From assembly GCA_001661245.1 (NCBI GenBank), contig KV454011.1, positions 2,099,271-2,163,270 of the forward strand: a stretch of 64,000 bases of DNA, read 5' to 3'. Both the position numbers and the translations under genes were made by a program. Below are positions 11,498 to 25,582 of the stretch, one piece after another. The stretch comes from Pachysolen tannophilus NRRL Y-2460 (lineage: Eukaryota). The notes under the pieces were generated by a model. That model did no database searches, was not told the origin of the DNA, and was given only the letters and a program-made list of their open reading frames with translations. Every line of letters starts with the position of its first letter. The stretch's first letter is position 1.

Positions 11498-12166
11498 TTA
11501 ATTTGCTAAATAACGTCTTTCAGCTTCTTTCCAGTTAATAACATTCCAAATAGCTTTAAAATAATCAGCTTTAACATTTTTGTATTGCAAGTAATATGCG
11601 TGTTCCCATGCATCGATTGCAACCAATGGAACGTACAGGGTTGGAACTGTATCTTGGTTATAAGTTTGAACAACCTCAATTGCTCCATTTTCTTTATTTT
11701 TAACAATAAAAGCCCAACCTGAACCTTGAACACCAGCAAGTTTAGCATTGGTTAAAGAAATCAACTTATCATAAGAACCATATTGTTGAGCAATTTGTTT
11801 TGATAATTCTGAAGAATCTCCTGGAATTGCACCTCCATCTTTATTTGCTGGAGATAAATTCTTCCAGAATAAACAATGGTTAAGGTACCCACCACCATGA
11901 AATTTAATATTTTGTTGTAAAGCTACAGCTGCTTTAACATCATTCTTACTTTCAGCTTCAGCAAGTTTCTCTGAAGCTTGGTTATAACCATTGACATAAG
12001 TTTGATGATGTTTTGTATAATGTAATTCATTAATTTGACCAGAAATGTATGGTTCTAAAGCACCAAAATCCCAATCCAATTCCGGTAAAGAAATCTTAGT
12101 TCTAGTAAAACTTGGGGCTGCTCTATTAGCAGATTTACTCAAAGTACGTAATGAGGTTCTGAACAT
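11498..12166 (-). CDS. SOD2: Mitochondrial Mn superoxide dismutase
   Basis: Arg/Ser-rich presequence, HYTKHHQTYV, QGSGW and DAWEHAYYLQY. Confidence 0.97.
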   Translation of the reverse strand: MFRTSLRTLSKSANRAAPSFTRTKISLPELDWDFGALEPYISGQINELHYTKHHQTYVNGYNQASEKLAEAESKNDVKAAVALQQNIKFHGGGYLNHCLFWKNLSPANKDGGAIPGDSSELSKQIAQQYGSYDKLISLTNAKLAGVQGSGWAFIVKNKENGAIEVVQTYNQDTVPTLYVPLVAIDAWEHAYYLQYKNVKADYFKAIWNVINWKEAERRYLAN

Positions 12167-12995
12167 TTTATTTTATTTATTTTACTTTACCAAACTTTCT
12201 AATAAGTAATAAATAGATCAATTGAACTTATTTTTTTAATCTTTATTGAAAATTGAGTATATTGAAAAAAAAAAAGCAATTGAATTAATATTTATATATA
12301 TATATAATATATATATTTATAATATTTTTTTTCTAAATAATTCTACTAGTTTCTCTATCTAATATTAACCACACTTTTTAGTTTGGTTAATTTCACAGGG
12401 AACATTACGGAGAGCAAGCCTTATTGGAGGAATGTAAAAAATTGATATGCATCCGCCAAATGAATTTGTGCGCAAACTAGAACCGAATTATGTATTTTAA
12501 AAAAGAGAAGCAAAAGAACGGACAGTGGAGACCGTGTCCGGGATTTCTGCAGAGATGGATTTTTTTTTTCTTTTTTCTTTCTTTTTTCTTTAATTCCTTC
12601 TTTCCAGCGCAAATAGAGAAAGAAAAAGCGTATCAAAGAGAAAAAGCGCAGCAAATGTTAATAAAATTTGTTTCTAAAGTTTTTAATAATTGAGTCGCGT
12701 GGGTAGTGGGTAGTGGGTCGTGGGAGGGTAGTGTAAATCAGACACAGGAAATATATGACGTGGGAGAATAGTATCTATCTAGTAGAGTAAGCTAAGAAGA
12801 TCAATGGATACTAATGGACTCATTAAGTAATTCACTGACTCGCTGTCTGAGTTACTGGTAACCAATAGTGGACCATAACTGTTGTGATCCGAGAGAGCAA
12901 AAAAGCAAAAAGACAACAAAAACAATTTGTTTTCTTGTCGAAAAGTATCATCTTTTTTGAGGAATTAGGTTGTAAATTCTTTATTCCATATTGTT

Positions 12996-13259
12996 ATGTT
13001 ATTTTTTATAACTTTAGTATTTGCATACTATACCATTTGGATTTTTATCAATCCTTTTATAAGTGAAGATTCTATTTTCCGTAAATTTTTCTTAGATAGG
13101 GATGTCTCTATAAAGATCCCAGTGATTTTACTTACGTTAGGTTTTACAGTGGTGGCAACTTTTATAGGTTCAATTTTAATAAAATCAGATGGTAATGTTT
13201 CAAGAGATCGAAGAAAAGTAAAGAAAAGAAAGGGAAGAAAAGAAAAAAAGATAAGTTGA
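12996..13259 (+). CDS. DPM2: Dolichol-phosphate mannose synthase regulatory subunit DPM2-like
   Basis: Two transmembrane helices with VFAYYTIW...PF...FF...IKIPVILL, the DPM2 pattern; basic tail. Confidence 0.8.
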   Translation: MLFFITLVFAYYTIWIFINPFISEDSIFRKFFLDRDVSIKIPVILLTLGFTVVATFIGSILIKSDGNVSRDRRKVKKRKGRKEKKIS

Positions 13260-13944
13260 TTACTATGGTTGATCAGCGCTTTTTAAGCGCTGATTTTTAA
13301 AAGCAGTTATAGAGCAATTGCTTTTAAATGTATATATCTTTATAGTGATTATAGAATGATTTAATTTGTTGTTGTTTCTTTTAAAAAAAAAAAAAAAAAG
13401 TTTTTTAATTTTTTTTCTAAAAAAAAAGGCTGTTGCTTTGTATTTTTTTCCTTAATTTTTCTCTCTTTTTTTTTTTGATTAAAACCAAAAAAATATCATC
13501 ATCATCATTTTGCCCGGTAATCTATACTAAAAACACCACATATCTAATTTATCGAATAGAAAGAAGATATTGGATATCGCAATAGATATTGAATTAAAAT
13601 AATTGAAGGAATTCTCTAAACATTTATTTGGGAAACATCATCATTATTTTTTTTTTTGTTTATTTTTTTTCTTTCTTTCTTTCCTACTTAGTATTTACCA
13701 AATAATAGATCATTTGACTTGATTGAAACGAGACAAACCTATACTTGCTTAAATGACTATTGACAATCAACAGATATAAGAAATTCTTTTCCCTTTTTTT
13801 GCGGTTTTAGTGTTTTGGTTTTTTTGGTTTTTTTCTTTTTTTTTTTATTTTGTTCATTTTATTTTTATTTTTGGGTTTATTTATGGGTTCTTGTTCTAGT
13901 TCAATTTTCACTTTTTTTTTTTTTAACTAGTTGTTCTTTCCATC

Positions 13945-16629
13945 ATGTCATCAAGAAAGAGAACTTCAAAAGATTTCCACTTTGGTACATGCATTGGTGA
14001 AGGATCTTATTCGAAAGTGTACAAAGCGGTTTCCATTCATAATCATAAAACTTTTGCTATAAAAGTATTATCAAAAAAACATATTGTTAAAGAAAAAAAA
14101 ACAAAATATGTTAATATTGAAAAAAATACATTGAATAGATTGGGTCATCATTCAGGTATAGTTACATTGTACTATACTTTCCAAGATGTAGAATCTTTAT
14201 ATTTTGTTATTGATTTTGCATTTAATGGAGAATTATTATCCTTGGTAAGAAAGATGGGATCTTTAAATGAACAAGTTACAAAATATTATATGATTCAATT
14301 GATTGATGCAGTACAATTCATACATTCAAAAAATATAATTCATAGAGATTTAAAACCTGAAAATATCTTGTTGAACCATGATTGGAAATTGATGATTACA
14401 GATTTTGGCGCTGCTAAAATTTTAGAAGATGATACAAATATTAATTCACTGAATTCTAGTGGTGGTTCTAATTCAAATGGAAATACAACAGATATTTCTC
14501 TTCAAGAAAATAATAATAATAATACTAGTAGTAGTAGTAGTAGCTCGGGAAGCAGGTTGGGCTCGTTTGTTGGAACAGCAGAGTATGTATCACCAGAATT
14601 ATTGAAATATAATCATTGTGGATTTGAATGTGATTATTGGGCTATAGGTTGTATCTTATATCAACTAATTATTGGACATCCACCTTTTAAAGGAACTACA
14701 GAATATCTTACATTTGAAAAAATTATACATTTAGATTATAAATTTCCAAACTACTATATTCCTATGAAAATTAAACATTTGGTTTCAAAATTATTAGTTT
14801 TGAACCCAGAAGAAAGATATGGAGCAACAGAAATCCAAAATCATGAATGGTTAAGCGACGTTGATTGGAATAATAAAGATTTTATTTGGAAAAGAAAAGT
14901 TCCAAAATTTGAAAGTTATAATCCTCGAATTTATGGTAACAGGTTACCAAACCAGGATTCTAAAGTATCAATTAATTATGTTAACTCATCTGCTGCTTCT
15001 AATGCTTCTTCAGTTTCTTCATTGAGACCACTTCTGCAAAGTTCAATGAAGACTCGGTTAGTCAAACCTCAGTCCCAAGCTTCTTCTACTTCAACATCTT
15101 CTATGCCACTGAATATAGCACCTTTGACAAAGACAACATACACTGCTAGAATTAATACTAAACAACCCAATATTTCTTCATCACAGGTTATTAAGAAGAA
15201 CAGCGTTCAAGTGGGTCAATCTCATCAAAATGGAAATTCTAATATTAATAGCATTCCAACTTCAGTATTAAAGAAGCAAATTTTAAATGCTCAACCGAAT
15301 CAACAAGCTTTGAATAAAGTATTAACTCAAAGATTGGCAGCTAAAAATCTGGAATTAAATTTGAAAAGTAGAAATGCTATAAATGCATCAAGTGCTGCTC
15401 TGAATGCATCTAAAATAATTCAGCCAATAAGCAACAATACAAAAGCAAATAACTTGAAACTTCCTAGGCTTCAAACATCAATTCCATATACTCAGGAACA
15501 GAAAAAACAACAGCTACCAAAGCCTCCAGGGAATTCAAGACAATTATCTGTACCTTCTTTACCATCGAATGCAGTTGAAAGTCGCGTGTCTATGAATAAA
15601 TTAAATTCAGACTCAGTAATCCATACAGTTAATGGAATGAACAATAAAACATCGCAATTAAACAATAAAATTGTTTTAAATGAAAAGCAACATCACCCAT
15701 CTCAGCCTCAAATTGAACAACACCAACAGCTACAAAAGAAAAATCAAACTTGTTCAAATTCGTCATCACAAAGTCCTACAACCTCCATCTTTAAAAAATC
15801 TGTGTTTGGAGAAAAAACTCAAAAAGCAAACCATTCAAGTGTACCTAACTCCGCTTCGATGTCGAAAAAAATTTCAACTGCAACCATACTGTCATCACCT
15901 AAAAATAATAAGTCAGCTTCAGTTACACCAAAGGGATCAATGTTATCAACCTCGGCAACATCTGCTGATTCAGTTGAATCGGAAGCATTTACATCAGAGA
16001 ACTCTGTTCCTTTGTTAGCAAATGAATTCATTTTAAAATCGGATGGTATCTATAAGTCAGAGTTGCCTTATGCGCTGAAATTCAATAACGAAACTTTGGA
16101 TGATACCTTATTAAATAAATTAATTGATGACAATTATGAATTTTTGAATAAAAATTTGAGGAAATCTTTATTGATAATAACTAGTCTTGGTAGGCTATTG
16201 ATATACGAATTTCTGGAAATTGCTCCAGCTCCAGCTCCAGTGTATTTACCAACAACATTAGATCCACGAAGTTATTCGCCAAAAAAACAGTCACAACATC
16301 AACAGTATAACAAGTACAGACAATCAAAACTAATCATAGTCAATTTGACAAACAAAAACATATCTATGTATGAATTTGATGGATTTTTTATCATAAAAGA
16401 TGATCATTCATCTGATTTAATATTTTTGAATCCATTGGATAAACATTTACCATTTGAAGAATCTTCACCCGTTTCTCCTATATCTCCATCTTTATTATTT
16501 CAAAAAAATAAAGGATTATCATGGATTGAGGCATTATTAAAGGCAAAGGAATTGTTAAAAGAAAATGCTTTGAGTTCATCAAATACTCTGTCTCCAATAG
16601 GTACTTCTCTGAAGAATGAGCAGGAATAA
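13945..16629 (+). CDS. PKH3: PDK1-family Ser/Thr kinase, Pkh3-like
   Basis: GEGSYSKV, HRDLKPEN, ITDFG and SFVGTAEYVSPE. The kinase domain starts at the N-terminus (MSSRKRT..DF), as in Pkh3. Low-complexity linker then a PH-like region. Confidence 0.88.
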   Translation: MSSRKRTSKDFHFGTCIGEGSYSKVYKAVSIHNHKTFAIKVLSKKHIVKEKKTKYVNIEKNTLNRLGHHSGIVTLYYTFQDVESLYFVIDFAFNGELLSLVRKMGSLNEQVTKYYMIQLIDAVQFIHSKNIIHRDLKPENILLNHDWKLMITDFGAAKILEDDTNINSLNSSGGSNSNGNTTDISLQENNNNNTSSSSSSSGSRLGSFVGTAEYVSPELLKYNHCGFECDYWAIGCILYQLIIGHPPFKGTTEYLTFEKIIHLDYKFPNYYIPMKIKHLVSKLLVLNPEERYGATEIQNHEWLSDVDWNNKDFIWKRKVPKFESYNPRIYGNRLPNQDSKVSINYVNSSAASNASSVSSLRPLLQSSMKTRLVKPQSQASSTSTSSMPLNIAPLTKTTYTARINTKQPNISSSQVIKKNSVQVGQSHQNGNSNINSIPTSVLKKQILNAQPNQQALNKVLTQRLAAKNLELNLKSRNAINASSAALNASKIIQPISNNTKANNLKLPRLQTSIPYTQEQKKQQLPKPPGNSRQLSVPSLPSNAVESRVSMNKLNSDSVIHTVNGMNNKTSQLNNKIVLNEKQHHPSQPQIEQHQQLQKKNQTCSNSSSQSPTTSIFKKSVFGEKTQKANHSSVPNSASMSKKISTATILSSPKNNKSASVTPKGSMLSTSATSADSVESEAFTSENSVPLLANEFILKSDGIYKSELPYALKFNNETLDDTLLNKLIDDNYEFLNKNLRKSLLIITSLGRLLIYEFLEIAPAPAPVYLPTTLDPRSYSPKKQSQHQQYNKYRQSKLIIVNLTNKNISMYEFDGFFIIKDDHSSDLIFLNPLDKHLPFEESSPVSPISPSLLFQKNKGLSWIEALLKAKELLKENALSSSNTLSPIGTSLKNEQE

Positions 16630-17386
16630 AGAATAAAGTCGAAAACAAAAAATAAAACAAAAAGAAAGGTATTTGTTGTGCAAATTCAGATCTAACATTC
16701 TAATCTTGATCATCATCAAAAAAAAAAAAAAAAAAAAAAAATAAAAATAGAAAGAAATCAGATTCTCGTATTATATAATAAATATTCACTTTCTAAAACT
16801 GGCAGCAGCAGCAGCACTTGCAAATTTGTTATGTTTTCTTTGCAGTAAAAATGTAAAGTTATTTTCATGGTTATGAGGTACAACATGTTGACGTTGAACA
16901 TAATTATGAGTTGAAGTAGTAGAACCGCCAGATATAGCCCTTTCGTGTTGACGAGAATTTTCAGATTTGGGTGTCGGTAGCAGTGATGAAGATATAGATG
17001 GTTTTTTTTTGAAGTAATTTCAACATTTGACCCGGTTCCCAATGCTATATTTTTCATGCTATCAGCAAGATCATCAAATTCCTTGGATGAGTAAGAAGAG
17101 GATAACGATGATGACGATGACAAAGACGAAGACGATGGAGATATAGGTCTTGACTTTTCGTTGATTGCCTCTGGGGATAAAGAAGGTTTGTATCATTAGT
17201 TTAAAAGAGCCAGTATTTTTACTCGGTTGAGAAACAAATAGAGAAGATAAGCTCAATGCAAAATTCATTTGTTCGTAAGAAATTTTATTTTATTTGTAAA
17301 TAAAGAATACATAGAAATTGTCATTAACATACTCATGCTACCCACCTTTTAAAATATTATCTATATACATAAAAATTAAATTTGAA

Positions 17387-17983
17387 TTATGTTTTATTTA
17401 AAGATCTCCAAGTTTCGAAATCTTGTTGCAAATCACTATTTATCTTACAAGTGTCTTTTATAATTTCAATACTTCTTCCTTGAACTATGGCTTCAATTTC
17501 TTTCTCATTATTAACCCAATTATTCAACTGATTATATTTAAGATATTTTAATTCAGTCTCATCTTTTCGATCTATCTCAGCATATGGATTAATTCTAGGA
17601 TCTGTGACTGCTTCTTTCTGTTCATTTATAGCGGTTTCCTTATCGATTTCTGATTTTAAATTCTTTGATTCCACCTCGCAGTATTCAATAGAACGAAGTC
17701 TAGAATTCCAATTGTTAAATAAATATCTGTACAAAAAATCATTACATACCTCACCATTCGATTTATGTAAAGACCTATCACGATGATCCAATATATTATT
17801 CAAATGCAGCTTGATTATATCATCTGTAGAAAGTCTTGATAGTTGTAAAAATGACCTTATACCTTTTGGTGATAAGCACGCTTCTCTGCTCAAAGCCGGA
17901 GGATTCAAATTTTGATTATGGTTTTCTTCTGGCATACTATTCTTATTATTATTATCATTAGAGTCAGAACTCCATAGGATCAT
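17387..17983 (-). CDS. MIX23: Mitochondrial intermembrane-space protein Mix23/CCDC58 (Cid2 family)
   Basis: C...FL.LSR...DD.I...LN, W..R...I.YC, DPRINPY and WV.NE..IE.IV pattern. The true start may be the second Met. Confidence 0.85.
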   Translation of the reverse strand: MILWSSDSNDNNNKNSMPEENHNQNLNPPALSREACLSPKGIRSFLQLSRLSTDDIIKLHLNNILDHRDRSLHKSNGEVCNDFLYRYLFNNWNSRLRSIEYCEVESKNLKSEIDKETAINEQKEAVTDPRINPYAEIDRKDETELKYLKYNQLNNWVNNEKEIEAIVQGRSIEIIKDTCKINSDLQQDFETWRSLNKT

Positions 17984-18242
17984 TTCCTTATCTCCCCTTG
18001 ATCAATCAATCAAAAACAGGAAAAGGAAAAATAATTAAAATCAAGCAAAAAGCAAAATTTGTATTGATTCAACTTCTTTAATCTCTCTATTGCTTTTTTA
18101 AAAATTCATTTTTCTAGCGTTTTCTCTTCTACATAATTGATTAAAAAATATAACGTATATTTTAAAAGAAAGTAAAGTAAAATTACATTAATTTGTTACT
18201 TAATAGGATACTTATAGTTGACGAGATCTATTTCCAAGGGAT

Positions 18243-20061
18243 ATGTCAGTTATATCTGGCGATTTGAGTGATGACGCTGATGTTTTCAGAGATGTTCAGA
18301 ATGTTAGAGGTACTGGATCAAAGTCTGTTTTATTGTTAGCGATTGGAAATTATTTGCAAAAAATGGCAATTCATTATAAAGAAGTTGAACACCCTCTGAC
18401 TTTGAAGGAGAAATACCTGGATATCTCTTCAATTTTTGAACCTGTTATCAAGACATTGTTAAAGGTTTCGGATGAGTTGAAAATTCAAAATTTTCAAGAA
18501 GGTAGCAATAATGTATTAGATAATGAGTACACAAAGATCATTTATGGTTATGATGAATCATGTTATTTCATGTTACTTCTCAAATCATTGTATTATTTTA
18601 GTGTGGATCATATTAGCTATCGGGTTGATGTTGATTTGGAAAATGCCCACAGCTTTGATTATTTTCAAAAAAGATTAGATCCATTTAATGTATTACCATT
18701 AGTAATTGTTAATATATTATCTAAATTGAATATTATTAAAGCCGATAAATTCTTTCCTATAGTGCTCAAGTTGGCATGTGGTGTTTTAAAAGATTATCAT
18801 TCTGCTTTTGAATTTCCATCAAGAGATATTAATTTTGAATTCTTTTTAAATTCTTGGGATAAATTCATCCAGGGGAAAATTCTTGAATATGATTCTTTAA
18901 ATTTAATGGAAAAAGCAGAGTTTTTCAGAATAAAGGGGAACGAGCTGTTGAAGTCAAAGGAAAATGGGAAAGCTGTTGCTTTATACACTGAAGGTTTATT
19001 AAAATGTCCGAATTCATATCAGTTATTATGTAATAGAGCTGCTGCTTACACACTTTTAAATTCAATAGATCATAGTATTGAAGATTTAACTAAAGCTGTT
19101 GAGTTGAATCCAGCGTTTATTGCTGGCTGGACGAGATTGGGATTTAGTCATTTATATCAAGGTAATGCAGTTGAGTCCATAAATTGTTATGTTCATGCTG
19201 TGAAGTCTATTATGGGAGAGATTTTACCTATACATTTACAAAATAAATCTACTGAAGTTATTGAAGAGTATAGACAAAATTTACAAAAAAGAATGGTTAG
19301 TAAATTTATCTTGAAATTAAAAGAAAGTTTAGCATTAGCTGAATCACGAGCTAAACAGCAAGGTTATCCGCAAGATTATATTGATTCAATCATTGGATCC
19401 GATGTCAAGAAATTTATTGGTAGATATAAATCAGCACCTATTAATCCTGGAAGAAGAGCTATAAGAAGACATATGGAACAACTTGCAAGAAATCAAAACG
19501 ATGGTACTATGGGGCAAACTGTTGATATTATTCCTAGTGTTGCTAACGTTGCAACTGGAGGAACTCAACAGAGAACAGTTACTAGAAATGATATTCCAGG
19601 CGGATTTCCAGATATTACATCCATGATTTTTGGAGGAAGTGTAAACGGAGATAATAATATCATCACTACAGGCCTTAATAATCTAGCTACAGCTATTCCT
19701 CAAAATAATAATAATAATAATAACGATACAAACAACGGTGGAAATGAAACTGGTTTTAATGATCGGGCAACAAACACTAACAACAATACTAATGAACCTA
19801 GGCTTGAAAATTTTAGTCGAATGGTAAGAAGCTTAGCAGAGGCATTCAACTCTGGACAAACTACGATTGATGTAAATCGTATTCAACCAAATTTTGCTAA
19901 TGATTTTCGTGACCTGATTGTTCAAATTTTGGGACCATTAGATAGAAATAATGGAAATAATGAGAATGCAGGAGAAGGAGCGGGTAATACGACAGAAGTA
20001 AATGGTGCTTCAGGAATAAATGGGGATACTACTGCTAATGGAAATGCTGCTAACAATATTT

Positions 20062-20103
<42 letters not shown>

Positions 20104-20786
20104 GAAGTAATGCTGGTAGATCTAACAGTTATGAAATAAATATCGAAGTTGATCCTTCAACTGAAAGCAATACAACCGATTTAAATGATCATTCTATGTC
20201 GAGTGATGATATTATAATTCAGCTGCCACAGACACATTCTGCTATCAATTCAGAAAGACTGTCACCGGTGATATCGAGACCCCCTTCATCTGCAGCTTCA
20301 AATCAAGTTCATATTGAGAATGAGGATGAAAGTGCTGATCCCGATATCAATATCGACGATATCATGACGGACGATCCCCAGAGAAATGCCAATAATACTA
20401 ATACTAATACTGACAACAACAATAACAATAACAATAATAGTAATCTTGGTGGAGGGAACAACAACATTTTCAATTTTTTACAAACTGTAAATGAGCATAT
20501 TCCAAGTCATGTTAGAGATGCGTTCCAAAGAAGTGCTCAATCTGCTTTTTCAAATATGTTAAATGGGGTTGCAAATCAACAGAGAACAGGAGGAGGAACT
20601 GGAGGTCAATCGGGAACAAATAGTCCTTTTACCAGCCATACAGTTATCATTCAATCTGGTAATTCTCCTGCACGTACTTTTGTTAACCAAGTTCCTCAAC
20701 CTGAGAGCAACTCTACAACTACAAATAGTACTACGCATGACAGAAATAATGAAGAAGAGGAATTTCCAGGACATGATGTTGACTAA
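18243..20786 (+). CDS. TPR-repeat protein (Sgt2-like TPR triplet) with long Asn-rich disordered C-terminus
   Basis: AEFFRIKGNE..., LCNRAAAY... and GWTRLG... form three TPR helix pairs; poly-Asn tracts follow. Confidence 0.8.
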
Positions 20787-21039
20787 GAAGTAGTTTCCAT
20801 CTCTTACTCTTATCTGAAGAGAGAAAGAAAATAGTATAGTTTGTGTATAGCAGTCAGTCAGTGGGTTTTTAATATATCATTTGTTTTTTCAAATAAGACA
20901 CTACCAAGACAATTAAAGTGGTGAACTCGTTTTTTAAAATGAACTCCAATTAGATTAGATTTTAATTACTCAAGTTTAGTTTTCGGTATTGATTTATCAT
21001 AAAAAACTTGATTTTATTTAACTAATGAGTGTTAAGAAA

Positions 21040-21686
21040 ATGGCTTCTGATTCTTCATGTATTTTTTGCAAAATTATTAAAGGTGAGTTAATATGAAATA
21101 TATATATATATATATATATATATAATAATAATTTGACTATAAGGGTTATTACGTACCATGCAACTACTCAATTAGACCACAGATTGTGCATGTCTTTGTA
21201 AAATTGAATTTTTTAGATCCTATGTTGATCATTACTTTTAGATACTAACATGGATGACAATTATATATAGGCGAGATTCCATCATTAAAGATAATTGAAA
21301 CGCCGCTTAGTTATTCATTTTTCGATATTCAACCAACTGCAAGAGGTCACATATTAATCATTCCAAAGTATCATGGTGCAAAATTGCACAATTTACCAGA
21401 TGAAAACTTGGCTGATATCTTACCAATTGCAAAGAAAATTGCCATTGCTTCAGGTTTAGATATCGATTCTCCAGAAGGTACAGGATACAATATTTTGCAG
21501 AATAACGGTAGAATTGCACACCAAGTGGTTGACCACGTCCATTTCCACTTAATTCCTAAAAGAGACACCAAGACCGGCTTAGTTGTTGGCTGGCCCGCTG
21601 AAGATGCAGATTTCGGCGATTTGAAGGCACAACAACAAGAAATCTTAACCAAGTTGAAAGAATCGGGCTTGATTTCAGAAAACTGA
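21040..21686 (+). CDS. HNT1: HIT-family adenosine 5'-monophosphoramidase; exons 21040-21082 and 21271-21686
   Basis: Spliced product MASDSSCIFCKIIKG|EIPSLK...HVHFHLIP (HIT motif). An upstream in-frame ATG exists at 21025. Confidence 0.95.
21083..21270 (+). other. Spliceosomal intron in HNT1
   Basis: GTGAGT donor, TACTAAC at 21243-21249, TAG acceptor; splicing restores CKIIKGEIPS. Confidence 0.93.
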
Positions 21687-21977
21687 CTATCCATGAAAAA
21701 TGCGAAAAATCATACGAATACAAAGCTCTGAACCTGGAAATAAAAATAAAATAAAAAAAAAACCATATACAATAAATTGTCTATTTCTATATAATCACTC
21801 CAGGCAGCTATTGGCTCTCATAGATTACCATGGTCGCCATTATCGTCGTTATCGTTGTCGTTGTCGTTGTCATTGTATAGTTTTTAACACAGTTTACTAT
21901 GAATCTTATTTGACCGTAAAGGCAACCATCGAACCTTCTTCTTCTTTTTTGGCAGATTTTTTTTTCCTTTTTTGTAT

Positions 21978-21986
21978 TTTGCCACT
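21978..21986 (-). promoter_or_regulatory. Rpn4/PACE-like site (AGTGGCAAA) upstream of CDC48
   Basis: One mismatch to GGTGGCAAA, about 250 bp upstream of CDC48, an Rpn4-regulon gene in yeasts. Confidence 0.5.
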
Positions 21987-22234
21987 GTTTGCAGAAAGAC
22001 AAGTAGACAGATTACTAAATTGTAAGGTTAACTTAAAAGTAGAGAAACTAGATTATTCCAAGGTCTTTTTTTTAAAATTATAATTATTTTGAAATCTTTC
22101 TAATTCATTGATCATTTTAATTGAGCTTTTAATTGATCAGTAAATAAGTTATTGTTTTCTGTTTTTTTTTTTTTTTCTTATTTGGTTTAATAAAATAAAA
22201 GGATTTAAAAAAAAAATAATTATAAAAAGTTAAA

Positions 22235-24917
<2,683 letters not shown>

Positions 24918-25320
24918 GAAAAGGAAAAAAGAAAAGAAAAAAAAAAAAGTAACCAAGTGTTAGCTAGTTGTTGTTAGTTGTTAATTGTTTCAAGTAGCTT
25001 TAATTATTTTATTTTTTCTTGTTTTTTTTTTTGAACCTAAACCTTTTTTTTTTTATTTGATTTTTTTATATATTTTATTTTTACTCTTTTATTTTTTTAT
25101 TTTTTACCTGTGTTGTTAAAGCCGCAATCATCATTTGAACTCTTTTTTTTTTCTTTCTTTCTCTCTTTCTCTCCCCATTTCATTTCATTTCATCTTTCTA
25201 TATTTTCTTGAATAATAATTGAATGAAAAGTTAAAAAAGAAATCTATATATCATTATTTTGGTGTGTAATTAAACGTGATAATCGTAGGTCGTGTGTATA
25301 AAACCAAATTTGTATTTTTT

Positions 25321-25359
<39 letters not shown>

Positions 25360-25582
25360 CAATTTTTTTTTTCGCAACCGAATTCGGTTCCGCATCAAGT
25401 AACAATTGATTTTTCATTTCCATATGTTAGCTATAAAACTCTTTTAATTTCTCAATTCAAAGAGATTTGTTCATATTAACCAAGAATTTTATTTATTTTA
25501 ATATTTAAACCTTTAATTGTTTAATAATAACGACAACGTTTTTAATAATTGAAAGGAATTATTAGAGTTGAGACAAGAAGCC

